Shown here: positions 50,701 to 61,994 of the stretch, in pieces
Position numbering within the stretch: the stretch's first letter is position 1
Layout of the letters: each line of letters starts with the position of its first letter
Source: Macrostomum lignano
Lineage: Eukaryota
DNA length: 64,000 nt
NCBI GenBank assembly: GCA_002269645.1
Contig: NIVC01001131.1
Location: forward strand, 62,001 to 126,000
Reading direction: 5' to 3'
The notes under the pieces: model-generated
Told to the model about the DNA's origin: nothing
Databases searched by the model: none
What the model saw: only the letters and a program-made list of their open reading frames with translations
Position numbers and translations under genes: made by a program

Positions 50701-52773
50701 GAAGGCTGTCTAAAGTACACCCACCTGATTAAGGACATTTGCGGACTGGACGCATTTGTTCAATCCAACACCATTGCGGGCTTGGCTATGGCTGTTTTCA
50801 CCACCAAGTTTATGGAGCCCAACACTCTTGGGGTGATTTCCCGCCGGTCCGATGTACAGTCGCACAAGGCGCGGTGCTGGCTTGCGCATTTGAATGCAAC
50901 CGAGTTTGGCGGCCGGTTGCGGACAGCGGACTCGGGCGGCGAGGCTTTCGCCATGGGCCGTAAGGTCGACGGCTTCGACCCAGAGACCAGGACAGTGCTG
51001 CAGTTTCATGGCTGCTTCTACCATGGCTGTCCCAAGTGCTTCCCCAACGGCGACGTGCTGCACCCGCTCAAGAACCAGCCAATGCGGGCGATTTATGAGG
51101 AGACTGAGCGCTTCACCCGGTTGCTCTCCACTGCCTACAATGTGCGTGTTCTGTGGGAGCACGACTATCAGGACGAGGGAGCGCCAGTCCAGCAGCCTAT
51201 ACGCCTGGAGGAAGCCCTGTTTGGCGGCCGTACCGAGGCTTTTGTCCCGCACGCCGAGGCCACCGAGACTGTTGAGCTGCGCTATCGGGATGTGGTAAGT
51301 TTGTACACTTGTACACACAGTTGACATGCGTTTGAGTTTATCTTATCCTCTAATTCTCTATTATCCTTATACTTATCCCCTAGGTGTCGCTCTACCCGAC
51401 TGTCAACAAGTTTGACAAGTACCCTGTCGGGCACCCGGTTCACCACCCCGAGCCTCATCTACTGGATGAGCAGCAGCTGGCCCGGTATTTTGGCATCGCC
51501 GAGGTGTCGATTCTGCCGCCAACCAATCTCCACATCCCGCTACTGCCCGCCAAGATTAACAAGAAGCTGGTTTTCGGCCTCTGCCGCGTCTGCATGGAGA
51601 CCCAGTGCAGCAGCGAGTGTACACACACTGACGCTGAGAGAATGCTCCGCGGCACGTGGTCGACCCCAGAGCTCCACAAAGCCCTGCAGTTGGGTTACAA
51701 GCTGCAGTCAGTTCATGCCCTGGCCTATTGGACCGAGACTCGCACGGGCCTGTTTGCAGATTATGTAAACACTTTTTTGAAGCTCAAAGCCGAGTCTAGC
51801 GGTTCGCCGGGGATGACTGAGGACGCCAAGGCTGCCTACATGGCCAGCTTTTTCGAGCGCGAAGGCGTCCGGCTGGAAAAGGTGGAAGAAAATCCCGGCC
51901 TGCGCTTTGTTGCCAAGATTTTTCTAAACTCGTAAGTTTTTCTACTTGCAGTGGGGGACCGCGTTTTTCTACTTACAGAAGCCAGATATACAAAAATTTA
52001 TTTTTCCCTGCAGGCTCTGGGGCAAATTCTGCCAGCGCGACGACCTGACCTCCACAGAGATTGTGGACAGCTACGAGGCGTGGCTGCAGCGCCTGACAGA
52101 CCCCTCGATCAAGGTCAAGTCGTGCGAGCCAATTGGGGAGAGCTTCATGATGCTCGAGTACAAGCCCCGATTTGGCGGTGCTGGCGAGCGGGCGTTCAAG
52201 TACGCTAATGTACCTATTGGCGTTTTCACCACCTCCCACGCCCGGCTGCGACTCTACGAGGCTCTGGAGGGTCTAGGAACCCGCGTCATTTACGCCGATA
52301 CCGATTCGTAAGTAATTTTTTCACTGTCTCTGTCTCTCTTTCTCCCCTTAACACTTTTTTATCCTTCTCCTCCTCCCAGGGTCGTATACCGCTGCTCCCC
52401 GGGCGAGTACGAGCCTCCGGGCGGTTCGAGTTTGGGGCAGTGGACTGACGAGGTACCTGCTGGCTGCCGCATGGTACAGTTCACCACGGGAGGCCCCAAG
52501 CTCTACCGGTACGTGGTGGAGAAGCTCGACAGGTCGCTGTACTCGGTACTCAAGTGCAAGGGCATCAGAGTCACGCCCGAGATTTCCGAGCGCGAGGACG
52601 AGCTGCAGGAAATTCTGCGCCACGGCGGGACTGTACGGCTGCCCCAGGCCCAGTTCAGGCGCGACAAGGCCAGCTGTACAATTCGGACCCTGGAGATGGA
52701 TAAGACATTCCAACGTGTAATGACTAAGCGAGTGTATGGGGCCGCTAGCCGCCCGTATGGCTTTCGTGAGTGA
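47788..52773 (+). CDS. Protein-primed family-B DNA polymerase (Polinton type), 1269 aa. Exons 47788-47848, 48539-48583, 48652-49220, 49396-51294, 51384-51931, 52014-52307, 52380-52773
   Basis: Six GT-AG introns with matching phases (1,1,0,0,2,2); spliced length 3810 nt with no internal stop seen. ExoI YDFET, ExoII AHNGSAYD, ExoIII YCLQD, motif A YRDV|VSLYP, motif B KIFLNS|LWGKF, motif C YADTDS|VVY, GPKLY, KCKGI. N-terminal vOTU-like region and Cys-rich Zn-binding cluster; VSR-like insert KVDGF...FHGCFYHGC. Confidence 0.93.
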
Positions 52774-52939
52774 GTGAAAGATAAGGATCTGTCTTTTTAC
52801 GCCTCTCTGCCTGGGATTCCCCTAAACTCACCCCAACTGTGCATTCTGGCGGGGATCATTTGACACCTCCCCGTACATTGGACGGGATCCCTTCAAGTGT
52901 TAAAACTCCCATTTGACACCTATTCCCTCGGGGCGGTCT

Positions 52940-54366
52940 CTATTACTCTCTGCCTGCACTGTACTTGGGCCTCGCAACACACGGGGGGATCCCTCAACTT
53001 GGAGAGCTACCCTCTGGGGATCCACTAAAACCCTCATTTGGGGTGGGAGCTGCGGTAAAGTTTGACTGGAATTCTCTTGGTATGCGGTCTGTTACTCTAC
53101 CTCCACTGTACATTGGGGCATCATTTGACACCCGGGAGCGCACTGTGCATTGGGGGGCGGGATTCCTTCCTCATTTAACACCCCGGAGCGCACTGTACTT
53201 GGGATCCGCTAAAACCCCTATTTGTATGCGGTCTGTTATTCTGCCCGCCCTGTGCAATGTGAGGGGTCCTTGATAACCCCCATTTGGGGAGGATTGGAAT
53301 GCTCTCTGCCTGAACTGTACTTGGGATCCCCATGAAAAAACCTTATTTGGGGCTTGGGGAGGAATTTCTCTATGTTACTCCTCTCTGGCCGCACTGTACT
53401 TGGGATCCCCCGGCCCTGGCTCTGGGGGCGTGTCTGTTTACTAGGGAGCCGGTTGCTTGTATTTTACACCTACATTATATGCTTAATTTTGCATATATAT
53501 GTTGTATATGTCACAATTTTCCTGCATTATACTCAATTTTCAGTGTGTGTATTTTAGCCTATGCACTGAAATTTGTACCTGCGGGTTATTAAGCAAAAAT
53601 GTATTGTTTAAAATGCGCCTACATTATATGCTATGTAATTTTAGTGTATTATACTCAATTTGCACCTACAGTGTGTGTATTTTAGCCTATGCACCTACAT
53701 AATTGGAATCTAGAGTGTGTGCAATATACTGTGTGTATTTCCACCTATGTAGCGCCTACAGTACCTGCTTTGTCTATTTCTGTCAATATATTGATGCGCC
53801 TACATTGTGTGTATTTTGCTGCTCATATGCTCCAATATGTACATTTTAATATGCAATATGCGTCATTATTCACACCTACCAATATGTTTTATCTACTTTT
53901 TATGTAAATATACGCAATTTCATCTACTATAAGTAGTTTTCACTAGCCTAATATCGCTGACTAGATATCTGTGTATGCATACATATCGGGAGAGTGTACT
54001 GGGGAGAGTGTACACCCGTACTGGGGAGAGTGTACACTCAGGGTGCTTGCGGCATGGGAGAGTGTGCACTCGGGGTGCCTGCGGCATGGGGCGCCTGCAG
54101 CATGGGCGCCTGCTGCTCTGGAGGAAGGGTGCGCCTGCGGCATACATATCGGGAGGGAGGGCATACATGTCGGTACATATCGGGAGGGTGGGCATACATA
54201 TCGGGGTACATATCGGGAGGGTGCGCCTGCGGCATGGGCGCCTAATTGGCGCCTGATTGGCGCTTGGCGCCACGCGCCTGCGGCGCGCGCGCCAGCCAAT
54301 GAGAGGCGAGGAGGGTTGACACCCACCTCACCTCCAAAAACCCCGGATTCGGGTGTCCTTAGTAGT
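52940..54366 (-). repeat. Right terminal inverted repeat (~1.4 kb)
   Basis: Reverse complement of the left TIR. Confidence 0.9.
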
Positions 54367-55293
54367 GATATATACCTGGGCAGCTACAGTGCTGCGGTGT
54401 CGCGCAGGGAGACCCGGTGGTGCCGGTGTCCGCAGCGCCGTCCCCTCTTGAGAGTCCAGAAGGTGGATGGTCGCTCACCCGCTGTAGCCCTGAGGTAGTG
54501 TAGACGAGTTGGCTGAATTTTCGGGACTGAAGACGTCGTAATTGCGTCGGGTTTGAGCCGACTTAGATGAGCCTGTCCTGAGTAAAAACGGGTGTTTTTT
54601 TACCGCTGAGTAAAAAAGAGGGCCGATGTCGGGCAAAACAGCAAAGAAACGACGATGTCCCTGCGTTTGAGTCCAAGCAGAGCTCTATGGAAGTCCGGGG
54701 GGATGAACGGGAACAGCCTCGCGGGAAATTTCCGGCAGTCGGGGGGTGTTAGCACAGATACTTACAAGAGAGCGATGCTCTATTTGCGATATCGATCCAT
54801 CAGTCCATCCATCTTTCATTTAAATATCGTGCCAAGGACGACTTAAGTGGAAGGACGGGAAACCTCGTTTCTTAGGCACTTTTTCCCGAAAAAATACACT
54901 GCGGAGATAGGAAGTTTTCATTTTTTCAGCATAAAAATTCCTATAACTTTTGATAGGAGGCAGATCCAGTGTTCATCTTTTGATATGTTGTGCTTTTTTA
55001 TTGCTCTATCGATATTTATAAAGCTTTCCGTTCAGAAAATTAGGATTCTATGTCAATTTTTTTTCTACTTCTCCTTCTACTTAAGTCGTTCTTGTATCGT
55101 GCGTCTACGCCTATTTCTGATCTATTTCTGTCAAAAATGCCCATGTCTATGACCAAACCTACACGCCGCTCTTTCAGGCCAAAGTATTTCGATTTTCAGA
55201 TACACACTTTGATTGCAAGATTAAGCACTGGGAAGTTCAACGGACATTGAAAAAATTCATCACGCTGGTTGGATGAGACTGTTGAGTCTTCGC

Positions 55294-55432
55294 ATGCCAG
55301 GCTTTCTGCTTCTACAACTTCTGTTCCTTCTATTTTTCTGCGAAATCCGTGCAGCAATACTTGATGAGCGTGGTTTATTTTGGTCACGGGAAGAATGTTA
55401 TCGCAGAATTAATCCAGATAACACCAATGAAG
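55294..55432 (+). CDS. Exon 1 of a secreted protein (signal peptide MPGFLLLQLLFLLFFCEIRA)
   Basis: Hydrophobic signal-like N-terminus; donor GAAG|GTAAGA, phase 1; alternative upstream ATG at 55273. Confidence 0.6.
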
Positions 55433-55599
55433 GTAAGATTCCACACTGTGTACGGGCTTTGTTCGAGCTAATTAAATACACATTTCTTATATGTTCCAAT
55501 TTTGGGGCCAATGAGAGCATTTTTCGATACTAAAATTGCTTGTTCAACTGTCTGGTTTATAGCACTCCAGCTCTGTCGCACAATTAGACTTATAAGATC

Positions 55600-56025
55600 C
55601 TCGGTTGGTGAGCCACCCTCAGAGATCCTCAGTTGCGAGGCCACCCTCCCAGATGCTCAGTTGCTGGGCCAGCCAGCCTCCAAGATCCTCAGTTGCTAGG
55701 CTACCCTCCCAGATGCTCACTTGCTGGGCCACCTTCAGAGATCCTCAGTTGCTGGGCAAGGCTCCCAGACCCTCAGTTGCTGGGCCAGCCTCCCAGATTC
55801 TCAGTTGCTGGGCCAGTCGCCCAGATCCTCAGTTGCTGGGCCAGCCTCCCAGATCCTCAGTTGCTGGGCCACCCTCCCAGATCCTCAGTTGCTGGGCCAG
55901 CCTCCCAGATGCTCAGTTTCTGGGCCACCCTCAGAGATCCTCAGTAGCTCGGCCACCCTCTCAGATGCTCAGTTTCTGGGCCACCAGCCTCCCAGATCCT
56001 CAGTTGCTGTGCCGGCTTCCCAGAT
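55600..56025. repeat. ~29-bp intronic minisatellite (CCCAGATCCTCAGTTGCTGGGCCAGCCTC)
   Basis: Direct reading; reverse-complement relative at 37085-37190. Confidence 0.9.
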
Positions 56026-56039
56026 CTTCACTGTTTGCC

Positions 56040-56610
56040 TAAAATACACTACGGAGATAGATGTAGGAAGTTTTCATTTGTTTAGCACAAAAATTTTATT
56101 GCTTTTAATAGGAAGAAGACCCAATGTTCATCTTTCGATATGTTGTGCATTTCTTATGGCTTAATTTATTGATACATTTCATAAAACTTTACTATTAGAA
56201 AATTAGCGAGTCTTTTTTATTAATTTTTTCTTCTACATACATTTTCTGTATCTAAAAATCATAGAAATGCACAGCTCGAATCTTTGGTTAAATGAATCTA
56301 TTTATCATCTCTGTTACACTGATAAGTCAGCTAAGAAGGACAATAGATTCATAAAGTCAATGAGCTGAGCCGCGCCATTTCAATGATTTTTAGGCACATG
56401 AGACATGCAAATGTACGTAGAATAAGAATTGAACATTGAATCCTAAATATCAGAACGAAAAGTTTTATGAATCTCAATGGAGCTATAAGAAAGTCACAAC
56501 ATATCAAAAGATGAACATTGCGTCTTTCTCCTATCGAAAGCAATAAAAATTAATGTACTGAAAAAAAATTGAAACCTGCTATCTCTGTACTGTCTTTTTC
56601 AGCGAAAAGT
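56040..56610. mobile_element. Degenerate fold-back/MITE-like element; related partial copy at 54890-55050
   Basis: AATGTTCATCTTTCGATATGTTG versus inverted CAACATATCAAAAGATGAACATT; direct similarity to 54960-54995. Confidence 0.5.
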
Positions 56611-56768
56611 AGCCTTCAAAACATTTTACATAGATTTCAAGTGTTGCGTCCTTCTACTTTAGTAGTCCTTGGGCTCACCCTTCCAGATCCTTAGTTAAAA
56701 AGTAATGCTTATTTAAAAGTAGTAAATACTTTTTACATGTAGCAACAACACTTGATCGCGCTTCGCAG

Positions 56769-56899
56769 AGCGTCTGTATCTGGAGAATTGCGCTCAGAGC
56801 TCGGACACTGGCCACTGCAATCTCGCTATTGACAACCAGATCATACAAGAGTGGACTCAGTGCTCGTCTACGGCTGTAGAGCCGCATCCGTGGTGGAGG
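56769..56899 (+). CDS. Exon 2 of the secreted protein, fucolectin/FTP (F-type lectin)-like motif
   Basis: Acceptor cttcgcag|AG matches phase 1; peptide LAIDN...CSSTAVEPHPWWR resembles FTP AIDG...CxHT..E..PWWRVDL; donor AGG|GTAATG. Confidence 0.55.
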
Positions 56900-57264
56900 G
56901 TAATGAATTGGATTCATTTATACTAATTTTGTCAAGAATTTTAGCCGAACTGTAACCTATAACTTCCAGGTTGAAACCCAATAGGGGAAGTATCCTTAGC
57001 CAACAGAAGCACAAAAAATGAATAGGACTCCTGGTCCCACACCCTGGCTTTTGTAGACCATGTCTACTGCAGAAGTAAGATTGAGGCTCCGGAAGAGCCA
57101 GTCGCTTCTATATATTTATATTTAGCGAGCACCGTACGCAAGCAACAAAAACCCTCGAGGGTCTCTCATACATGTACGCAAACCGAAAGGGGAAAAGGAA
57201 AGCAAGGAAGGAACAGCAAGCAAGCAATGGGTGACGCATCGCGATAATGAACATTCCTACCCCA

Positions 57265-60200
57265 TGTCGTATCGCGTGACTCAGCGGGTGTACATTGAGT
57301 TCACTCGCTGTTTTATTGTATCGATTGACTGACAATGCTTCATTGAGCGTGACTAGTGTGTGCGTTCTTTTAAAACCCTTGTGCTTTTATGCATCAATCA
57401 TTCTTACGTTCGCTTGTACCAAAAATATAAAAGTCGTCTAGTGAGCTCAGAGCTCAATACTTTTTGATTTCTCGCACTAACCACTATAGAGATGTTTTAG
57501 TGGCGACGAGGAATGTGGCTGAGCAATGCCTAACCACGCAATCGGAGAATATGAGGACTCCGAGGAAACCTGGAATGAGTACCAGGAGCGTCTGGAGCAA
57601 CATTTCCTGGCACAGGACATCACCGACGAAAGTAAAAAGAGGGCCACCCTGCTGAGCGTCTGCGGTAGGAAAACCTTTCAGTTGGCCAGAAGCCTCTGCT
57701 CTCCAGCCAAAGTCGCGGACAAATCCTATGCCGAAATATGCGAGCTGCTGAGCGCTCATTTCAACCCAAGGCCGAGTGAGATCATTCAGAGGTTCCACTT
57801 CAATAACCGAGTTCAGCGCCCTGGAGAGTCGGTGGCAGAGTTCCTTGCGGAGCTGCGGAAGCTGGCGGAGTTCTGCAATTACGGCGGCAGCCTGTCTGAC
57901 AGGCTGCGCGACAGGCTGGTGTGCGGCATCGCGGACCAGCAAATCCAGCGCCGGCTCCTGATGGAGGCCGAGCTGACCCTCGATACTGCCAAACAGATCG
58001 CGCAAGCGGGCGAGTCAGCAGCCAAAAACTGTCAATCGCTGGGCTCAGCAAAACCTGCGGCAACGACATCAGCATCGTCAGCGACAGAGAGCGACTCCGT
58101 GCTTCGAATGGAACGACAGCGACCGCAAGACAGCCGTCAGTCTGGAATAGAAGGCCGGTGGCGCTGTTTCCGCTGCTTGTCGACTCGCCATCCGGCAGCC
58201 AAATGTCCCTTCGCGGACAAACGCTGTTTCAACTGCAGCAAAACCGGACAAACCGCGAAGGCATGCAAGGCGGTGACACAGCAGCAGCAAATGCACCAGC
58301 TGGTTGACCAGCAGCCTTCACACAGCAGCTCAGCTCAGGCCGCCGAGCCGCCCAGCCCAGCCGAGGTCGCTTATCCCTTCTACCATCTGGGTGCTGACCG
58401 ATCGCAGGCCAGGTTTCCTCCAATCGTGACCTCTGTCTTCATCGAGGAGAAGCGATTCGAGATGGAGGTGGACACGGGGGCATCCGTATCGCTGATGTCC
58501 GAACGTACGTTCAAGGAAAACCTGGGAAGCCGGATGTCTCTGTCTGCGTCAACGGTTCAGCTCAGTACGTACACCGGTCAAACCGTCCGTGTCCTCGGTC
58601 AGCTCTTCGTAAGCGTGCGAGCTTCGCAAGGTTCGGCCGAGGAACAGCTGCCGCTGCTGGTTGTTGCCGGTTGTGGTCCGAGCCTCCTTGGTCGAGACTG
58701 GCTACACCGCCTGCGGCTGGACTGGCAATCTATCAAGCGGATGGAAGAAGCTGATGCAGCCAAGGAGTTGCTACAGGAGTTCTCAGAAGTCTCCCAAGGT
58801 CTGGGCGAGTTCAGCGGCAAGCCGGTGTCCATCAGTCTGAAGGAGAACGCCAGACCAAGGTTCTGTAAGGCGCGGCCGGTGCCGTTTGCGCTGCGCGAGA
58901 AGGTTGAGCAGCAGCTGCAGAAGGAAATCGACCAAGGAATCCTGGTGCCGGTCAAAAATTCCGACTGGGCGTCCCCGATCGTGCCGGTAATGAAGTCCGA
59001 CGGCAGCGTGCGCATCTGCGCTGATTTCAAGCAGTCGGTCAACGCAGCTATCCGGCCTGAGGCTTACCCGCTGCCGAACATCGATGAGCTGTTTTCACGC
59101 TTAGCTGGTGGTAAGAAGTTTTCAAAACTGGATCTGAGCCAGGCATTTTCGCAGCTTCCCCTGGATGAGGATGCTCAAGAGCTCTGTACCATCAACACCT
59201 CGCTGGGACTTCTTTGCTACACCCGTCTGCCTTTCGGCGTGTCGATCGCAACCAGCGTGTTTCAGCGGGTGATGGACAGCTTACTGCGAGGAATTTCGCA
59301 CTCTGCATCCTTCATCGATGATGTCATCATCACAGGCGAAGACGACGCCAGTCACCTCCGCAACCTGAGAGCAGTTCTGAAGGTCTTCAAGGAGTCCGGG
59401 CTGACCTGCAAGCTTGAGAAGTGCACCTTTTTTAAGGACGAAGTCACATACCTAGGCCACCGCATCGACGCCGAAGGGCTGCACCCGCTGGACGATAAGG
59501 TCTGAGCTGTGCTGGACGCGCCTGCACCGACTAACACGACTCAACTGAGGAGCTTCTTGGGCCTTATCAACTACTACGTCAAGTTTTTGCCAAATCTCTC
59601 TAGTGTTTTGGCCCCGCTGCACAGGCTGTTGGAGAAGAACTCAAGGTGGCAGTGGGATCGCAGCGAGGCGGACGCGTTCAGCGCGGCAAAGCAGCTGCTC
59701 ACGCACCCCAGCGTCCTAGTCCACTATAACGCTGCAGAAGAGCTCTACCTGGAGTGCGACGCATCGCAGTACGGGCTCGGTGCCGTCATATTCCACCGTC
59801 GGGACGGCATAGACAAGCCGATCGCGTACGCTTCGCGCAGCCTCAGCTCAGCAGAGAAAAAATACTGCCAGCTGGAGAAGGAGGCCTTGGCGCTAGTTTT
59901 CGGTGTGAAAAAATTCCATCACTATCTGTTTGGTCGGGAGTTCAACCTGTTGACCGACCACCGGCCGCTTCTCGGCCTTCTAGGACAAGAGCGACCGCTT
60001 CCAGCCGTGGCTTCCGGCCGAGTCCAACGATGGGCGTTGCTGCTGACCGCGTACCGGTACCGTCTTGTACACCGCAGCGGGGTCTCCATGCTCCGAGCAG
60101 ACGCCTTAAGCCGCCTTCCTGCATCAGCGGGCCCTAAGGAAGTTCCGGTGCCTCCAGAAGTCGTGCAATTAATGGACTGCCTGGACGCCGGGCCGGTGAC

Positions 60201-61802
60201 TTCATCAGACGTGCGCACCTGGTCCCGCCGCGACCCTACATTGTCACGCGTAATTCTTTACTGTCTCTCGGCCTGGCCAGACCGAGATTCCTGGACTTCT
60301 GATTTGGTGCCCTTTAGGAAACGGCACCAGGAATTGTCAGTTCAAGACGGCTGCGTTCTCTGGGGCAGTCGTGTCGTCATTCCTGAAGTCGGCCAAAGCC
60401 GCTTGCTCGACTGCCTGCATGTTGGACACCTGGAGCATCCCGGATGAAGTCGCTTGCCAGAAGTTACATATGGTGGCCGGGCATGGATCGTGACATTGAG
60501 GCCAAGGCAGCAAGCTGCACGGACTGCCAGAAGCACCAGCAAGCCGGACCAGAAGCTCCGCTGCAGCCATGGCCGCTAACGGCAAGGCCTTGGAGAATCC
60601 ACGTCGATTTTGCCGGTCCCGTCCAAGGTCGGATGCTGCTGGTGGTTGTCGACTCCTTCTCAAAGTGGCTCGATGTGTACGTAACGACAGCGATGACGAC
60701 CTTCGCAACAGTTGAAAAGCTGCGACAGAGCTTCAGCACTCATGGCCTACCGGAGACCATCGTCTCGGACAATGGGCCAAGCTTTGCCAGCTTCGAGTTC
60801 GACGCCTTTTGTGCCAAGAACGGAATTCGGCACATCCGCACGCCTCCCTACCACCCGGCTTCCAATGGCCAAGCTGAGCGAGCAGTGCAAACTGTTACGA
60901 ACTCCCTGAAGAAGCAGGCCAACGACGGCAGCTCCCTGGAGACCCAGCTGGCCAGATTCCTGCTCAGCTACCGTACTACACCGCATCCAACGACGGGAGT
61001 GGCACCGTGTGAGCTGCTGATGCACCGGACGCTGCGCAGCCTGCTCGACGTACCGAGGCCAGACATCGCCAAGCGAGTTCTCGAGAGCCAGGAAAAGCAG
61101 AAGCAGCAGCACGACTCGGGCGCGCAAAGACGAGTCTTCGAGGAGGGCGAGGCGGTGTTCGTTCAAGACTTTAGCCGCGGGAACGAGCGAACCTGGACAT
61201 CGACTATGGTGGTCGGCAAGGAGGGCAGCAACTGGTACAAGTGCATTCTGCCGAACAACCGGATGGTGCGGCGGCACACAGAACAGATGCGAATCGACAA
61301 GACTTCCCAGCGGTCTGGGCCGCTGCAGACGAATCCGGAATCCAACGGTGAGCTCAGGCCTCCACTACCGCAACCGTTGGTTCCGCCGCCACCGCCGCTG
61401 CAGCTGCCGCCGCCACCGCCACCGTCGCCGCCGCCGCCGCCGCCAACGCCGCCGCCACCGTCGCAGCCTCGACCGCTGCAACTTCCAGATCAAGGACCAG
61501 CACAGCTCTCAGAAGATCAAGCAGAGCTCGATCGATTCCCGTCCGCCTAAACTACGATGGGAGAGGTGTCGTATCGCGTGACTCAGCGGGTGTACATTGA
61601 GTACACTCGATGTTTTATTTTATCAATTGACTGAAAATGCCTCATTGAGCGTGAATAGTGTGTGCGTTCTTTTAAAACCCTTGTGCTTTTTATGCCTCAA
61701 TTATTCTTACGTTCGCTTGTACCAAAAATATAAAAGTCGTCTAGTGAGCTCAGAGCTCAATACTTTTTGATTTCTCGCACTAACCACTATAGAGTTGTTT
61801 TA
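57265..61802 (+). mobile_element. Ty3/gypsy (Mag-like) LTR retrotransposon, full length
   Basis: LTRs 57265-57499 and 61567-61802; 5-bp TSD CCCCA at 57260-57264 and 61803-61807; PBS TGGCGACGAGGA at 57501, complementary to the 3' end of tRNA-Ser(GCU); PPT GATGGGAGAGG before the 3' LTR. Confidence 0.95.
57526..61550 (+). pseudogene. gag-pol polyprotein (Gag with CCHC knuckles, PR VDTGA, RT, RNase H, IN) with one in-frame TGA (59503-59505) and one frameshift near 60430
   Basis: CFRC...H...C and CFNC..TGQ...C; MEVDTGASVS; WASPIVPV, FSKLDLSQAF, RLPFG, FIDD; CDASQYGLG, TDHRPL; H...WWPGM...C..C, HVDFAGP, SDNGP, ERAV. Confidence 0.9.
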
Positions 61803-61994
61803 CCCCACTTCCCCCAACCACCTCTCACACAACACTCTACACTGTACGTCATCACACTGGCTACAACAAATATCTTTTTAGATAGTACACTAGCAATTCA
61901 CGCCCCCCGTTGGGGAGCCAAAGAAATGCAATACACGTTTTTTAGTAAGCTACATGTAGCCTTGAAATCTTAAAAAATCTCCTTCTGAAATCTT

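Larger units (their letters stand above)
45544..54366. mobile_element. Minimal Polinton/Maverick-related element, 8823 bp: long TIRs, 6-bp TSD, intron-containing pPolB plus PC4-like gene, no integrase or capsid
   Basis: Termini ACTACTATGGAC...GTCCTTAGTAGT (one mismatch); GATATA at 45538-45543 and 54367-54372; TIRs and both genes described separately. Confidence 0.9.

Noticed and set aside
45543-54367. CACTA/EnSpm interpretation of the element ends (right end reads CACTACT on the minus strand, with a possible 2-bp AT TSD)
   Set aside because: It needs a mismatch at the terminal base of the left end (AACTACT), whereas ACTACT/AGTAGT ends give a perfect 6-bp TSD. No transposase is present, and pPolB points to the Polinton family.
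59503-59505. TGA between RT and RNase H as programmed readthrough
   Set aside because: It lies inside pol at a position normally encoding a sense residue (DKVxAV), not at a gag-pol junction; a mutation or sequencing error is more likely.
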